DNA of 64,000 bases from contig OY970122.1 of NCBI GenBank assembly GCA_963705895.1, positions 1,634,774 to 1,698,773 on the forward strand, given 5' to 3'. A program made the translations under genes and the position numbers. The stretch comes from Candidatus Aminicenantes bacterium. GTDB lineage: Bacteria; Acidobacteriota; Aminicenantia; Aminicenantales; JAFGAV01. Position 1 is the stretch's first letter; each line of letters opens with the position of its first letter. Shown here piece after piece: positions 1 through 9,563 of the stretch. Under the pieces are notes generated by a model. It was not told the origin of the DNA, did no database searches, and worked only from the letters and a program-made list of their open reading frames with translations.

Positions 1-36
1 TAAAATAGGCTGGCCTGCGGCAGTCGAGAATCCGGG

Positions 37-1464
37 ATGAAACCAAGACACTCTTTCCTCTCTGAAGCGGAGCTTGAAAAAAGAACCGCGGCTCGCAACT
101 CCGTTTTCGCCGCGCTCTTCCTGGTCGGCCTGAAGCTCGTGGTGGGGATCATCAGCGGAAGCCTGGGCATTCTGGCCGAGGCCGCCCACTCGGGTCTGGA
201 CCTCGTGGCGGCCTTCGTCACCTTCATGGCCGTGCGCATCTCGGACAAGCCGGCCGACCACGAGCACACTTATGGCCACGGCAAGGTCGAGAACTTCTCG
301 GCCCTGATCGAAACCGTCCTGCTCTTCGTGACCTGCGCCTGGATCATTTACGAAGCCGTCAACCGCATGTTCTTCCACACGAGAGAGATCGATCCCAGCT
401 TATGGGCCTTCCTGGTGATGGCGGTATCGATCGGCGTGGACTACAGCCGGTCCCGCATGCTCTACCGCGCAGCCCAAAAGCATTACAGCCAGGCCCTGGA
501 AGCCGACGCTCTCCATTTCTCGACCGATATCTGGAGCTCGTCGGTGGTCATCATCGGCCTGCTCCTGGTCTGGCTCGGAAAGCACATCTTTCCCGGCCTG
601 AACCGGCTCCTGGCGAAGGCCGACGCCGCGGCCGCGCTGGGCGTAGCTTTCATCGTCCTCTTCATCAGCTACAAGCTGGGCAAAAGGACGATAGAAGTCC
701 TTCTCGACCGCGCACCCGAGGGCACTCTCCTCGAATTCAGCCAGGCGGCGGCGCGGGTGGACGGTGTCCTGAACGTGGGCAAGGTGAGGGTTCGGCGTTC
801 GGGAGCGCGGGTCTTCGTGGACATGAACGTCGAGGTCGACCGCAACCTGTCCATCGAGCGGACGCACGCCATCGCCGAGGCGGTCGAAGCCGAGGTCCAG
901 AAACTTTCGCCCGGAGCCGACGTCGTCGTTCACACCGACCCGCGCGAGGCGGAGCGGGAGAGCGTGGCCAACCGCATCCGCGGCATCGCCAACCGCAACC
1001 AGATGGCCGTTCACAACATCGGACTACACGAGGACAAGGGCCAGGTCATCATTGACCTGCATCTCGAGGTCGACGATCACCTCTCCCTCGAGCAGGCCCA
1101 TGAGATGGCCAGCCGTATCGAGAAGGACATCCGGGCCGACATGCCGGAGATCTCCGAGATCAACACCCACATCGAATCCCGGGGCACGAGCCTGGCCGAC
1201 GGGCCGATCGTCACGGGCCGGAAGGGCGGGCTCGTCCGAAAGATCAAGAAGATCGCGGACCAGGAGGTGGGCCGGAACGCCTGCCACGAGGTCATCCTCC
1301 GCCGCCAGGGCCGCAAGTACTCGGTCGCACTCCACTGCACGTTCGGGGAAAAGACGCCCATCATCAAGGTCCATGACATCACCACCCGGATCGAGGAGCG
1401 GTTGAGGAGCGAGATCCCCTCCCTCGACCGGATCATCATCCACGCCGAGCCCGATAGCATGTAA
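37..1464 (+). CDS. Cation diffusion facilitator (CDF) family metal efflux transporter with an extended, triplicated C-terminal cytoplasmic domain
   Basis: N-terminal TM core with a CDF signature (HSGLDLVAAFV...HTYGHGKVE). It is followed by three tandem segments, each resembling the CDF C-terminal dimerisation fold (VGKVRVRRSG..., VHNIGLHEDKGQVIIDLHLEVD..., CHEVILRRQGRKYSVALHCTF...). ATG at 37. Confidence 0.85.
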   Translation: MKPRHSFLSEAELEKRTAARNSVFAALFLVGLKLVVGIISGSLGILAEAAHSGLDLVAAFVTFMAVRISDKPADHEHTYGHGKVENFSALIETVLLFVTCAWIIYEAVNRMFFHTREIDPSLWAFLVMAVSIGVDYSRSRMLYRAAQKHYSQALEADALHFSTDIWSSSVVIIGLLLVWLGKHIFPGLNRLLAKADAAAALGVAFIVLFISYKLGKRTIEVLLDRAPEGTLLEFSQAAARVDGVLNVGKVRVRRSGARVFVDMNVEVDRNLSIERTHAIAEAVEAEVQKLSPGADVVVHTDPREAERESVANRIRGIANRNQMAVHNIGLHEDKGQVIIDLHLEVDDHLSLEQAHEMASRIEKDIRADMPEISEINTHIESRGTSLADGPIVTGRKGGLVRKIKKIADQEVGRNACHEVILRRQGRKYSVALHCTFGEKTPIIKVHDITTRIEERLRSEIPSLDRIIIHAEPDSM

Positions 1465-1719
1465 GCCCCCCGGGGCAAACACTCCTCCTTAACCAAAGGC
1501 CAATTTTCGGTCCCAACGTGTTTATCCCCGGCGACATCCGCCGGCGCAGGATTCCTGGCTTGGGGGCAGTCGTCCCCAAGGTCTCCTTAACCCGCCCAGT
1601 CCATTCCCTAGAGTGGCCGGAGATTCCGGTCGAGGCCGCGGCCCGGGCCGGGAATTTGAAGGAAAAGCTCTTCGGAGTGGGCTGGATTTCGCAATTGGAA
1701 GATCTATATAATAGCCGTA

Positions 1720-2721
1720 GTGAATTTTTCCATCGAGGGCCGGTCGAATCGTGTCCCCGATTTTCTGCTCGCCGGCGCGCCTCGCTGCGGGACCTCGACG
1801 CTCTATAGTTATTTGAGCCGCGCTGCCGGCATCTTCATGTCCAGGGAAAAAGAGCCCGAGTTCTTCCTAGCCTGGGACGAACAGCCCTATTATATAGATG
1901 ATAGGCGGCGCTATGCGGCAGACTACATATCCTACACTCGCGAAGATTATCTCAGGCTTTTCAAACCCGCCCGCCAGACCGACGTAATCGGAGAAGCTTC
2001 GTCTTGGTACCTTTATGGAGGGGAGAAGACGATCGCCAACATTCGCCGGCTCTATGGGCAACAAGCACGCCGGGTGAAGATCATCTTCATTCTGCGGAGC
2101 CCCGTAGAGCGGGCCTGGTCCCATTACTGGCTGAAAAGAAACCAGGGGGAAGAGCATCTGCCGTTCGCCGAGGCCATTCGACCCAAGGTCGTGCAGGATC
2201 GTATGGCCCGGCGCTGCTCCCTCGGGTTCGATTATCTGGGTCAGAGCCTCTACAGCCGCAATGTCGAAACATTTCTGGAGAGCTTCGACGCGGTCAAAGT
2301 CCTCCTGTTCGATGATTTTCGCCGGGACGCCGTCGAGACCTTGACCGGCCTGTTTGAATTTCTCGGGCTCAAGCCCCCTGTCCTATCTCCGAAAACGAAG
2401 CGCTTGAACACCAGCGGCGTCTCCCGCAGCCGAGCGGCCGAGGGCCTGTCGCGTCTGACCTTTCAACCTAATGCCCTAAAATCCCTGATCAAACATCTTA
2501 TCCCGCGCGCCCTCCGTTATAACCTGAAAAACCGTGTGGGCGCCCGCCTCTTCCAACAACCAATCCTTGTCGACTCACTGCGCCGCGAGCTTGCCGGTTT
2601 CTTCCGCGAGGATATCGTCCGCCTGGAGAGAGTTATCGGCCGTGACCTGGGCGTCTGGCTCAGCGAACCCTCTTCCCAGAACTGTCGTCTGCCGAGTCAG
2701 GCCGGGGAAGGCCAGTCATGA
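1720..2721 (+). CDS. Sulfotransferase family protein (PAPS-dependent)
   Basis: 5'-PSB-like P-loop (LLAGAPRCGTSTL) and 3'-PB-like motif (ILRSPVERAWSHYW). GTG start. Its stop overlaps the next gene's start (ATGA). Confidence 0.7.
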   Translation: MNFSIEGRSNRVPDFLLAGAPRCGTSTLYSYLSRAAGIFMSREKEPEFFLAWDEQPYYIDDRRRYAADYISYTREDYLRLFKPARQTDVIGEASSWYLYGGEKTIANIRRLYGQQARRVKIIFILRSPVERAWSHYWLKRNQGEEHLPFAEAIRPKVVQDRMARRCSLGFDYLGQSLYSRNVETFLESFDAVKVLLFDDFRRDAVETLTGLFEFLGLKPPVLSPKTKRLNTSGVSRSRAAEGLSRLTFQPNALKSLIKHLIPRALRYNLKNRVGARLFQQPILVDSLRRELAGFFREDIVRLERVIGRDLGVWLSEPSSQNCRLPSQAGEGQS

Positions 2722-3860
2722 ACGACTCGCGAACCCCGCCCGCCGCTGGGGTTCTTTCCTGGCATTTCGTGCTCCGAAACGCCTACAACATGCTGATCCG
2801 ACGCCAGTTCGACTTCACCTTTGACCGCATGCCGCTCCGGGCCGAACACCTTTCGCTCCGGAAAATCCTCAACCTCCTCAGGATCGGCTTCAACCGCATC
2901 TTTGATGTGGCGCCGGCGCTGGGCCATCCCTACATGGCCCATATCTCGCCCTCGGGACTCTGCGACTTGCGATGTGTCTTGTGTCCCGCGAACGATAAAA
3001 GGAACCGCGGCCGGAGCCTTCTTCCGCTGTCCACGTTCAAGAGGTTCATCGACGAGGCTGGAGACGATCTGCTCTACATCATTCTCTGGGGGTGGGGTGA
3101 GCCGCTCCTGAACCGCGATTTCGTCCGGATGTGCGCCTACGCCCGCGACCGAAACATTCTCACTGTAGCGAGCACGAACCTGAATCGGCTCACGCGCCAA
3201 ACGGCGGCCGACCTCGTCCGCTCCGGGCCCGACGCCCTGATCATTGCCCTGGACGGCCTGACCGACAAGACCTACAGCCGGCTTCGCCCCGGCGGGAGCG
3301 CTTCGCGGGTCATCGCTAATACCCGCCTCTTTGTCGAGGAAAGGGTCCGGGCGGACGCACGCCGGCCTTTCCTCAATCTGCGCATGGTCGTTTCGCGCGA
3401 GAACGAGGACGAAGTCGAGGCCTTCCGCCGTCTGGCTCGTGACCTGGGCGTCGACATGGTCAGCTTCAAGTCCTTCTCGACGCGCCAGCCGGGCTACGCC
3501 AACCCCGCCCATGATCGGGCATTCGCCTCCCGGGATGAACATTTCCGTTGGTACGATTATGGTCCCGGGTACGTGGCCGACCCACGGGCCGGCCGCTATG
3601 CCTGCAAGTTTCCCTGGACGAAGCCGACGCTTTTCCCCGACGGGGAGGTCCTCATCTGCGAGTTCGACCTCCGCTACGAACGCCCACTCGGCAACATCAA
3701 TCGGCAGAGCTTCGGAGATATCTGGTTCGGACCCGAGGCGAGGGCGGTGCGAAGGCGGTTCCACCGGGACCGGGCCGGGCTGGGCTTTTGCCGTGACTGT
3801 GTCTACGATTATAAAAAGATCCCCGGCTGTGTCGTCGATTGGGAAGTTTTTCGCCGATGA
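2718..3860 (+). CDS. Radical SAM enzyme with C-terminal SPASM/twitch-like Cys-rich domain
   Basis: CxxxCxxC motif (CDLRCVLCP) and a glycine-rich SAM motif (ILWGWGEPLL). C-terminal cysteine cluster (CKFPW...CEFD...CRDCVYDY). ATGA overlaps with both neighbours. Confidence 0.8.
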   Translation: MNDSRTPPAAGVLSWHFVLRNAYNMLIRRQFDFTFDRMPLRAEHLSLRKILNLLRIGFNRIFDVAPALGHPYMAHISPSGLCDLRCVLCPANDKRNRGRSLLPLSTFKRFIDEAGDDLLYIILWGWGEPLLNRDFVRMCAYARDRNILTVASTNLNRLTRQTAADLVRSGPDALIIALDGLTDKTYSRLRPGGSASRVIANTRLFVEERVRADARRPFLNLRMVVSRENEDEVEAFRRLARDLGVDMVSFKSFSTRQPGYANPAHDRAFASRDEHFRWYDYGPGYVADPRAGRYACKFPWTKPTLFPDGEVLICEFDLRYERPLGNINRQSFGDIWFGPEARAVRRRFHRDRAGLGFCRDCVYDYKKIPGCVVDWEVFRR

Positions 3861-4891
3861 AACAGGCAGTTCGTCAGGTCCAGCCCATCTCGGTCATCGT
3901 CATCACCTGCGATGAGCAACACAACATCCGAGGCTGCCTGGAATCACTCCTGGCCCAGGACTTTCCCAGGGACCGTTTTGAAGTCCTCGTCGTGGACTCC
4001 TCCTCGGACGCCACTCCGGAGATCGCCGCCTCCATCGATGGGGTTCGGGTCCTTCATTCGGCCAAGGGCATCAGCACGCAGAAGAACTTGGGGGTCGCCG
4101 AAGCCCGCTTCGACATTCTGGCCTTCACTGACGCCGATTGCATCATCCCCCCGGACTGGCTCCGTATTATCGAGCGGTCTTTCCGCCGCCCGGCACTGGC
4201 CGCGGCCGGCGGAAACGCCTACCCACCCCCGGGGACATCGAAGTTCGGGCTCTGGTCGTCCTGCGTCGGACACCCGGGCGGCGGGGCCATCGGCCTCGAC
4301 GCCAACGTGACGGAGGGAAAGGGTGGCATCGAGTTCGCCCCCGGCTGCAACGCCGTCTATCGCCGGATGGCGATTAAGGCCGTCCAAGGATTCAGCCCTG
4401 ATTTTCAGGACGGCGGTGAGGACGTTGACATCTCACGTCGGTTGAGGGCCAAGGGCTTTCTGATCGATTATATCCCCGACCTCACTATCTATCATAAGCC
4501 GCGGGCGACGCTGGGGTCCTACTTCCGTTGGAACATCGGCGTAGGAGTCACCAAATGGAACCTGTGGAGGCCAGGACCGGTCCGGATCGTCCTCAACCCC
4601 TTTTTCCCCGTCTGGTCCATTGTGCTCCTGGCGGGACTTTTCGCTTTGCCCCTGTTTCCCTGGCTGATGATTGGAGCACTGGCCGGACTGTGGGCAGTTT
4701 TTCTCTTCGGATTGGCCCTGGCGACCAAACCCTACCCGTTGCTCTGGAAGCGGCGCCGCAAGATCGGCGTTTCAATTCCAGCCGCCCTGACAATCGTTCC
4801 GGCGCTGATCTACGTCCGGCAGGTCGGCATCAGCCTGGGGGAATGGAAAAAATGGCGCGTCAGCCGCCTTTCGCGGCCAGCTCGGCAATAA
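3857..4891 (+). CDS. Family 2 glycosyltransferase with C-terminal transmembrane segments
   Basis: GT2 N-terminal signature (ISVIVITCDEQHNIRGCLESLLAQDF...FTDADC). Hydrophobic C-terminal helices. ATG at 3857 overlaps the rSAM stop. Confidence 0.75.
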   Translation: MKQAVRQVQPISVIVITCDEQHNIRGCLESLLAQDFPRDRFEVLVVDSSSDATPEIAASIDGVRVLHSAKGISTQKNLGVAEARFDILAFTDADCIIPPDWLRIIERSFRRPALAAAGGNAYPPPGTSKFGLWSSCVGHPGGGAIGLDANVTEGKGGIEFAPGCNAVYRRMAIKAVQGFSPDFQDGGEDVDISRRLRAKGFLIDYIPDLTIYHKPRATLGSYFRWNIGVGVTKWNLWRPGPVRIVLNPFFPVWSIVLLAGLFALPLFPWLMIGALAGLWAVFLFGLALATKPYPLLWKRRRKIGVSIPAALTIVPALIYVRQVGISLGEWKKWRVSRLSRPARQ

Positions 4892-5366
4892 TTGAACTCA
4901 AGTATTGAACCAGAGTCGAGGAGCCCGCAGTCCGGTCGTTCCGGGAGGGGCGAGGGATTCGTCCCGGAGGGGTTTGGAAGATCTTGTACAGGTCCTGGGC
5001 GTCATGGGCGACCCTGGCCCGTCCAATCTCTTCCAGCCGGGCGGCCAGCTCGACCTGATGATCGTCGACCTGCTCCTTGAACGCTGAGCGCCTCGGGACG
5101 ATAATAGGGATTTTCCGGGCGTTCAGGCTCATGAGAATCGAGCCCACGCCCGCGTGGCTGATGATCCTGTCAGATTCCCGGACGATCGTTTCCAGGCGTT
5201 CGGGCGGGAAGAAGGGCTGGCCGTCCATGTACCTCGATACATAGCGAGACGATCCTGTTTGGGCGAGTACGGGGCCGTGGATGATCCCCCGTCTGATCCC
5301 CTCGTCCACCATGGCCAGGAGCCGGTCGAAAGGGAAACGTTCTTGTCCGGTGAGAACGAGGATCAT
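4860..5366 (-). CDS. Alg13-like glycosyltransferase subunit (GT28 C-terminal domain; Cps14G/EpsF-like)
   Basis: MILVLTGQERFPFDRLL...ISHAGVGSI is typical of the Alg13/PssE family. Its start overlaps the Alg14-like stop (ATGA). Its 3' end is convergent with, and overlaps, the GT2 3' end. Confidence 0.7.
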   Translation of the reverse strand: MILVLTGQERFPFDRLLAMVDEGIRRGIIHGPVLAQTGSSRYVSRYMDGQPFFPPERLETIVRESDRIISHAGVGSILMSLNARKIPIIVPRRSAFKEQVDDHQVELAARLEEIGRARVAHDAQDLYKIFQTPPGRIPRPSRNDRTAGSSTLVQYLSSIIAELAAKGG

Positions 5367-5830
5367 CCGATACTCCCCCTAAACTCCGCCTTTCCATATT
5401 TTTTGGCCAAGTCGGGCCATTGGACCAAGAAACGCTTGACGAACGGATAGACGAGCTTCCCTGAAAGAGAGAGGTCGCGGATCCGGGTCAATGATTCGAT
5501 ATAGATCGAAGGGATGCCCAGAAGACATCCCGCATAGATGAACGAGACCGAGACGCCTGCCCCGGCGGAAACGATGAGACCGGGCCTCTCGCGGCGGAGG
5601 ACCTTAAAGGCCAGGACGAGGTTGCGCAGGAAGTTAGGGATGTTTCTGTTCGTCGGAGAGAAGGCCCAGACGACCGTTTCACCCTTCAGTGCAAACTCCG
5701 TATCCGGCGACCGGAAAGTGGCCCAGGTCCGGGTAAATTTCCTCCAAAGGGGGAAGAGCGCCATCATCTCAAAGAAATGCCCGCCGCTTGAGCAGACGAG
5801 GAGGAGTCTGAACTCAGGATTAGATTCCAT
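5363..5830 (-). CDS. Alg14-like oligosaccharide biosynthesis protein (Cps14F/PssD-like membrane anchor subunit)
   Basis: RLLLVCSSGGHFFEMMAL... matches the Alg14 family. The start was chosen at MESNPEF (ATG at 5830) rather than the upstream ORF start. Confidence 0.7.
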   Translation of the reverse strand: MESNPEFRLLLVCSSGGHFFEMMALFPLWRKFTRTWATFRSPDTEFALKGETVVWAFSPTNRNIPNFLRNLVLAFKVLRRERPGLIVSAGAGVSVSFIYAGCLLGIPSIYIESLTRIRDLSLSGKLVYPFVKRFLVQWPDLAKKYGKAEFRGSIG

Positions 5831-6150
5831 AACCCTATGGCGAGGCATACCCACCCTTTGAAAGCGGCGCCCTCCAAATCGTATGTGAAAAAATATAGCG
5901 CCGAGCTCTCAGTCTGTCAACAGGATTAGTTTAGGAAAGCGGGAGCCTGAGCGCAAATCGGAGGGCTCCCCGGCCCCCCCCCGGGCCAAAAACCGGCGAA
6001 AGTGAACGACGGTCAACAAGCTTTGGCCGGCTCAGCCTTGTATTTTTCGAGAACCATCGTCGGGCCAGCGCCCTCATGCTTCCTGCTCAGAGCTTGCCGA
6101 AATTTCGCTCCTTCCCAAATCTTGTTTTTTTCTGATTCGCCTTATTTTTA

Positions 6151-6180
6151 TTGACAAGGGCGCGGGCGGTGCGCTAAGCA
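6151..6180 (+). promoter_or_regulatory. Candidate sigma70-like promoter upstream of the aminotransferase gene
   Basis: TTGACA at 6151-6156, followed at ~17-18 nt by a weak -10 (TAAGCA). AGGAGAG RBS at 6215-6222. Confidence 0.25.
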
Positions 6181-6229
6181 TAGAGAGTGTATGCCTTCAT
6201 AAATTCCGCAATCATCAAGGAGAGACACC

Positions 6230-7318
6230 ATGGCCGGTTTTGAGGGAATCCAGTGGGCCCCGCGCCAGATGCGCTACACGCTCGTGGACAAACAGTTCGA
6301 GCTCACGGGGGTCGAGGACAAGGTCTTCGCCGTGTCGCGATCGATCCACTACGGAGCCTTCCTCGCCTTCGAGGGCATTCGCTTCTTCTGTAAAAAAACC
6401 GCCGACGGCCGGCCCGAGGTCATCTTCCTCAATTGGGACAAGAACCTGGAGCGGTTCCGGCGAGGGATCTCGTTTAACCTCGGGCGGAATCAGCAGGACC
6501 TCGTCCCCGAAGCCGAGGAGCTCGAGAACCTTTTCATCCGCCTCTACTTCGAGGACCCGGCCCTGAAGGCCTTCCTCCTGGAGATGGCCGGGCTGGAGGC
6601 CCAGGGCTACCTGCGCCCCTTTACCGTGGACGAGGAGCAATCGATCGGGGTCACATTCCCTGCCCAGCCCTCGATCCGGGCCGTCGTCTGCCGCTACGAC
6701 CGCTACCTGGGCGAGCCGTTTTGCGGAGTCGTCATCCCCCATGTCGTGCGGGCCCTGGGTGTCAACAAGACGGGTTGCTTGAAGCTCGGGGTCAATTACC
6801 TGATGAGCGTCAAGGCCGTGGACGAGGCCAAGAGGATCTCTCCCGATGCGGCTTCGGCCCTGTTCCTCGACGACAACACCTCGGCCCGGCTCGAGGACCG
6901 GCTCATCACCGAATGGGACTCCTCCTGCTGTCTGTTCGGCTTCCGCGACGGGACGGTGGTCAAGATCCCGGAGAGCAATCTGATCCTGCCCTCGGTCACG
7001 ATCCGGGGCATCGTGACCATTCTCAACAGCATGGGGGTCAAGACCGAGGAGCGGCATCTGTCCTACGGCGAGCTCGTGAAGCGGGCCACGGCCGGCGAGC
7101 TGGTGGCCGCCTGCAGTGTGGGCACGGCCGGCATCCTCAACCGCTGTGCCAAGCTCGTCCTGGTGAATGAGTCCGGCGGGGCGGCCTTCACCCATCATCC
7201 CGACAAAAGCCATGAGCTTTATCGCCTTCTCGGACAAGCCCGCGCCCGGTACTGGGACATTTACAAGGAAAAGGTTCTGGCCCCGGCAGGACTGAGGCTT
7301 TTCAAATACGGGCTGTAA
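6230..7318 (+). CDS. Branched-chain amino acid aminotransferase-like (PLP fold type IV)
   Basis: Motifs align with IlvE-type BCAT (SRSIHYGAFLAFEGIRFF vs HALHYGTSVFEGIR; KLGVNYLMSVKA; SVGTAGIL). Good RBS. Confidence 0.7.
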   Translation: MAGFEGIQWAPRQMRYTLVDKQFELTGVEDKVFAVSRSIHYGAFLAFEGIRFFCKKTADGRPEVIFLNWDKNLERFRRGISFNLGRNQQDLVPEAEELENLFIRLYFEDPALKAFLLEMAGLEAQGYLRPFTVDEEQSIGVTFPAQPSIRAVVCRYDRYLGEPFCGVVIPHVVRALGVNKTGCLKLGVNYLMSVKAVDEAKRISPDAASALFLDDNTSARLEDRLITEWDSSCCLFGFRDGTVVKIPESNLILPSVTIRGIVTILNSMGVKTEERHLSYGELVKRATAGELVAACSVGTAGILNRCAKLVLVNESGGAAFTHHPDKSHELYRLLGQARARYWDIYKEKVLAPAGLRLFKYGL

Positions 7319-7433
7319 CGCGCGGCCCGTTGAAAGCGGGTCGCCGCATTCACCGTGACCTGACGGGACAGGCCTTCGTCCCTTGCCTCGAGCCAAAACT
7401 CATATGATAATAAGAACAAAAGGAGGGAAAGGC

Positions 7434-7916
7434 ATGGACATCACGACCGTCAAGATCGATAAGCCCGAGGACATGAACTTCATCCTGGGTCAATCGCACT
7501 TCATCAAGACCGTCGAGGACATCCACGAGGCCATCATCGCCACGGCGCCTCAGATGAAGTTCGGGCTGGCCTTCTGCGAATCGTCGGGGCCCGCGCTCGT
7601 CCGCCATTCGGGAAACGACCCGAAGCTCATCGAGCTGGCCGCGAGAAACGCGCTCGCGATCGGGGCCGGCCACTCGTTCATCATCTTCATGGAGAACGGC
7701 TACCCCATCAACATCCTGAACACGATCAAGGCCGTGCCCGAAGTCTGCCGGGTCTTTTGCGCGACGGCCAACCCGGTCGAGGTAGTGATCGCCGAGACCG
7801 AGGGAGGCCGGGGGATCCTGGGCGTCGTTGACGGGACGAAGACGAAGGGCGTCGAGACCGAGTCCGATATCAAGTGGCGCAAGGACTTTCTGCGCAAGAT
7901 CGGCTATAAGCTCTGA
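7434..7916 (+). CDS. Small conserved protein, possibly adenosine-specific kinase family
   Basis: 161 aa. Strong RBS AAAGGAGGG 6 nt upstream of ATG 7434. The family assignment is from memory and uncertain. Confidence 0.45.
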   Translation: MDITTVKIDKPEDMNFILGQSHFIKTVEDIHEAIIATAPQMKFGLAFCESSGPALVRHSGNDPKLIELAARNALAIGAGHSFIIFMENGYPINILNTIKAVPEVCRVFCATANPVEVVIAETEGGRGILGVVDGTKTKGVETESDIKWRKDFLRKIGYKL

Positions 7917-7982
7917 CGGGAAGCGTTGACAGCGCGGCCCGGCCAAGGCCTGGCCGGCCAGCTGTGACGACAAGACCCGTAG

Positions 7983-8375
7983 TCAGGTGCCGGCTTTCTT
8001 TTCCTTGATCTCAAAGAGGTTGTTGTCGGCGTCCCGGACGAAGATCAGAAAAGAATCCCCTCGCGGAATCCGGCTGACGGCCATGCCTTCAAGGCGGCAA
8101 CGCTCGAGGAAGGCCGGCAGGTCATCGACCTCCAAACAGACATGCTCGACCAGCCGCGTTTTGCCGGGATGATTGCCGTCGATGAAGGCTTCGACCTGAA
8201 GCGAGTCGCTCGTGTAGTTGATCATCAGAAGCTCTCGGTTCAGAGCAAAAATAGCCTGGGAAAGTTCCCGGGAAAGCGTTTTAGGCTCTGATTTCTTGAG
8301 TTCAAGAACGCCGCCGAGAAATCTGTCGGCGTTTCGCTCGGCACTGTACACAAGGGCCACGTGACGCAAATTCAT
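7983..8375 (-). CDS. VOC/glyoxalase-bleomycin resistance family protein
   Basis: ~130 aa. LRHVALVY...HVCLEVDD pattern of the glyoxalase fold. GGAGGG RBS before MNLRH. Confidence 0.55.
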   Translation of the reverse strand: MNLRHVALVYSAERNADRFLGGVLELKKSEPKTLSRELSQAIFALNRELLMINYTSDSLQVEAFIDGNHPGKTRLVEHVCLEVDDLPAFLERCRLEGMAVSRIPRGDSFLIFVRDADNNLFEIKEKKAGT

Positions 8376-8491
8376 CGAACCCTCCGCGGGCATGGAAATG
8401 ATCCTCTAATCAAGAGTAACCCCCTGGGCAAAGAGGAGATTGCCGCACGCCCTTGGGTCGCTCGGCATAGCAGTCCATCGAACTCTCAGAG

Positions 8492-9505
8492 TCATTCTTG
8501 AGGCTTGATGATGACCTTGATCGATTCCCGGCCGTCGATTACGAGCTGGAAACCCCGGGCGATTTCCGAAAGGGGCAGGCGATGGGTGATCATGTCCTCG
8601 ATTTCGATCGTTTTCGTCTCGAGAAGCTTCATGGCTTCGACAATGTCCGGCGGGCCGCAATAATAAGACGTGAGTATCCTCATCTCCTGCGTCCAAAACT
8701 CATTAAGCGGCACGGTGACCTGCTTGTCGGGGCCGGGGACGGCAAAGAAAACGACGGCCCCGCCCCTGTCGACGCTTCTCCAGGCCTGGGCGATCGCGGA
8801 CAGAGCCGAGGTGCAAAGGACGACGACGTCCGCCTTTCGGCCCAGTTCAGCCGCCATCCGTTCCGAAACGTCCCCGGCGGCGTCGAGGACGAGGTCGGCC
8901 CCGTTCTTTTTGGCCAAGGCCAGCCGCGCCGGGTTCACATCCGTCGCCGCGACACGGCAGTCCTTGGCCTTGGCCAGCTTCACCTGCAAGAGTCCGGACA
9001 TCCCGCAGCCCATGACCAGGACCGTTTGGCCTTTCTTGATCCCGGCCAGGTTCTGGGCGCGGACGACACAGGCCAGGGGTTCGATAAACGTGCTCTGGTC
9101 ATAGCTAATGGCCTCGGGCAGGTGATACATCCCTTTGTCAACAAGGGCTTCCGGTACAAGAATGTATTCGGCGAAGCCGCCCGGAAGACGGACTTTGACG
9201 TTCGGACAGACGGGGTAGTGCCCCTCTCGGCAGTAGTGACAATCGAGGCACGGAACCTTGGGAGCGACCATGACCCTGTCTCCGGGTTTGCAGGCCGCTA
9301 CGGCCCGGCCCGCCTCGACGACCTCCGCGCCGATTTCATGCCCTTGGACAAGAGGCGCCCTGGGAAGCCTGTACCATTCCACAATATCACTGCCGCAAAT
9401 GCCGCAGGATATGACTTTGATCAGGATTTCCTTCGGCCCGGGTTTTGGGGTGGGCACATCTTCGAGGCGGATATCCCGGTTGTTATACCAAAGGGCGACT
9501 CTCAT
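8492..9505 (-). CDS. Zinc-dependent medium-chain alcohol/polyol dehydrogenase (threonine/sorbitol DH-like)
   Basis: GICGSD, GHEIGAEVVEAG, structural-zinc Cys cluster and a GxGxxG Rossmann motif (VLVMGCGMSGL). Confidence 0.85.
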   Translation of the reverse strand: MRVALWYNNRDIRLEDVPTPKPGPKEILIKVISCGICGSDIVEWYRLPRAPLVQGHEIGAEVVEAGRAVAACKPGDRVMVAPKVPCLDCHYCREGHYPVCPNVKVRLPGGFAEYILVPEALVDKGMYHLPEAISYDQSTFIEPLACVVRAQNLAGIKKGQTVLVMGCGMSGLLQVKLAKAKDCRVAATDVNPARLALAKKNGADLVLDAAGDVSERMAAELGRKADVVVLCTSALSAIAQAWRSVDRGGAVVFFAVPGPDKQVTVPLNEFWTQEMRILTSYYCGPPDIVEAMKLLETKTIEIEDMITHRLPLSEIARGFQLVIDGRESIKVIIKPQE

Positions 9506-9563
9506 CCTGAAACCCGCTTCAAAATCGAAAAGCGATGTCCGGAGAACGGTCGCTTCGGCTGTC

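Noticed and set aside
402-1482. Several 117-217-aa ORFs on both strands overlapping the CDF transporter gene
   Set aside because: All are alternative-frame artefacts of a high-GC coding region. The CDF frame alone has family motifs.
6215-7396. 393-aa minus-strand ORF antisense to the aminotransferase gene
   Set aside because: It overlaps a gene with clear BCAT motifs on the other strand. Low-complexity G/R/P/D-rich translation. GC-frame artefact.
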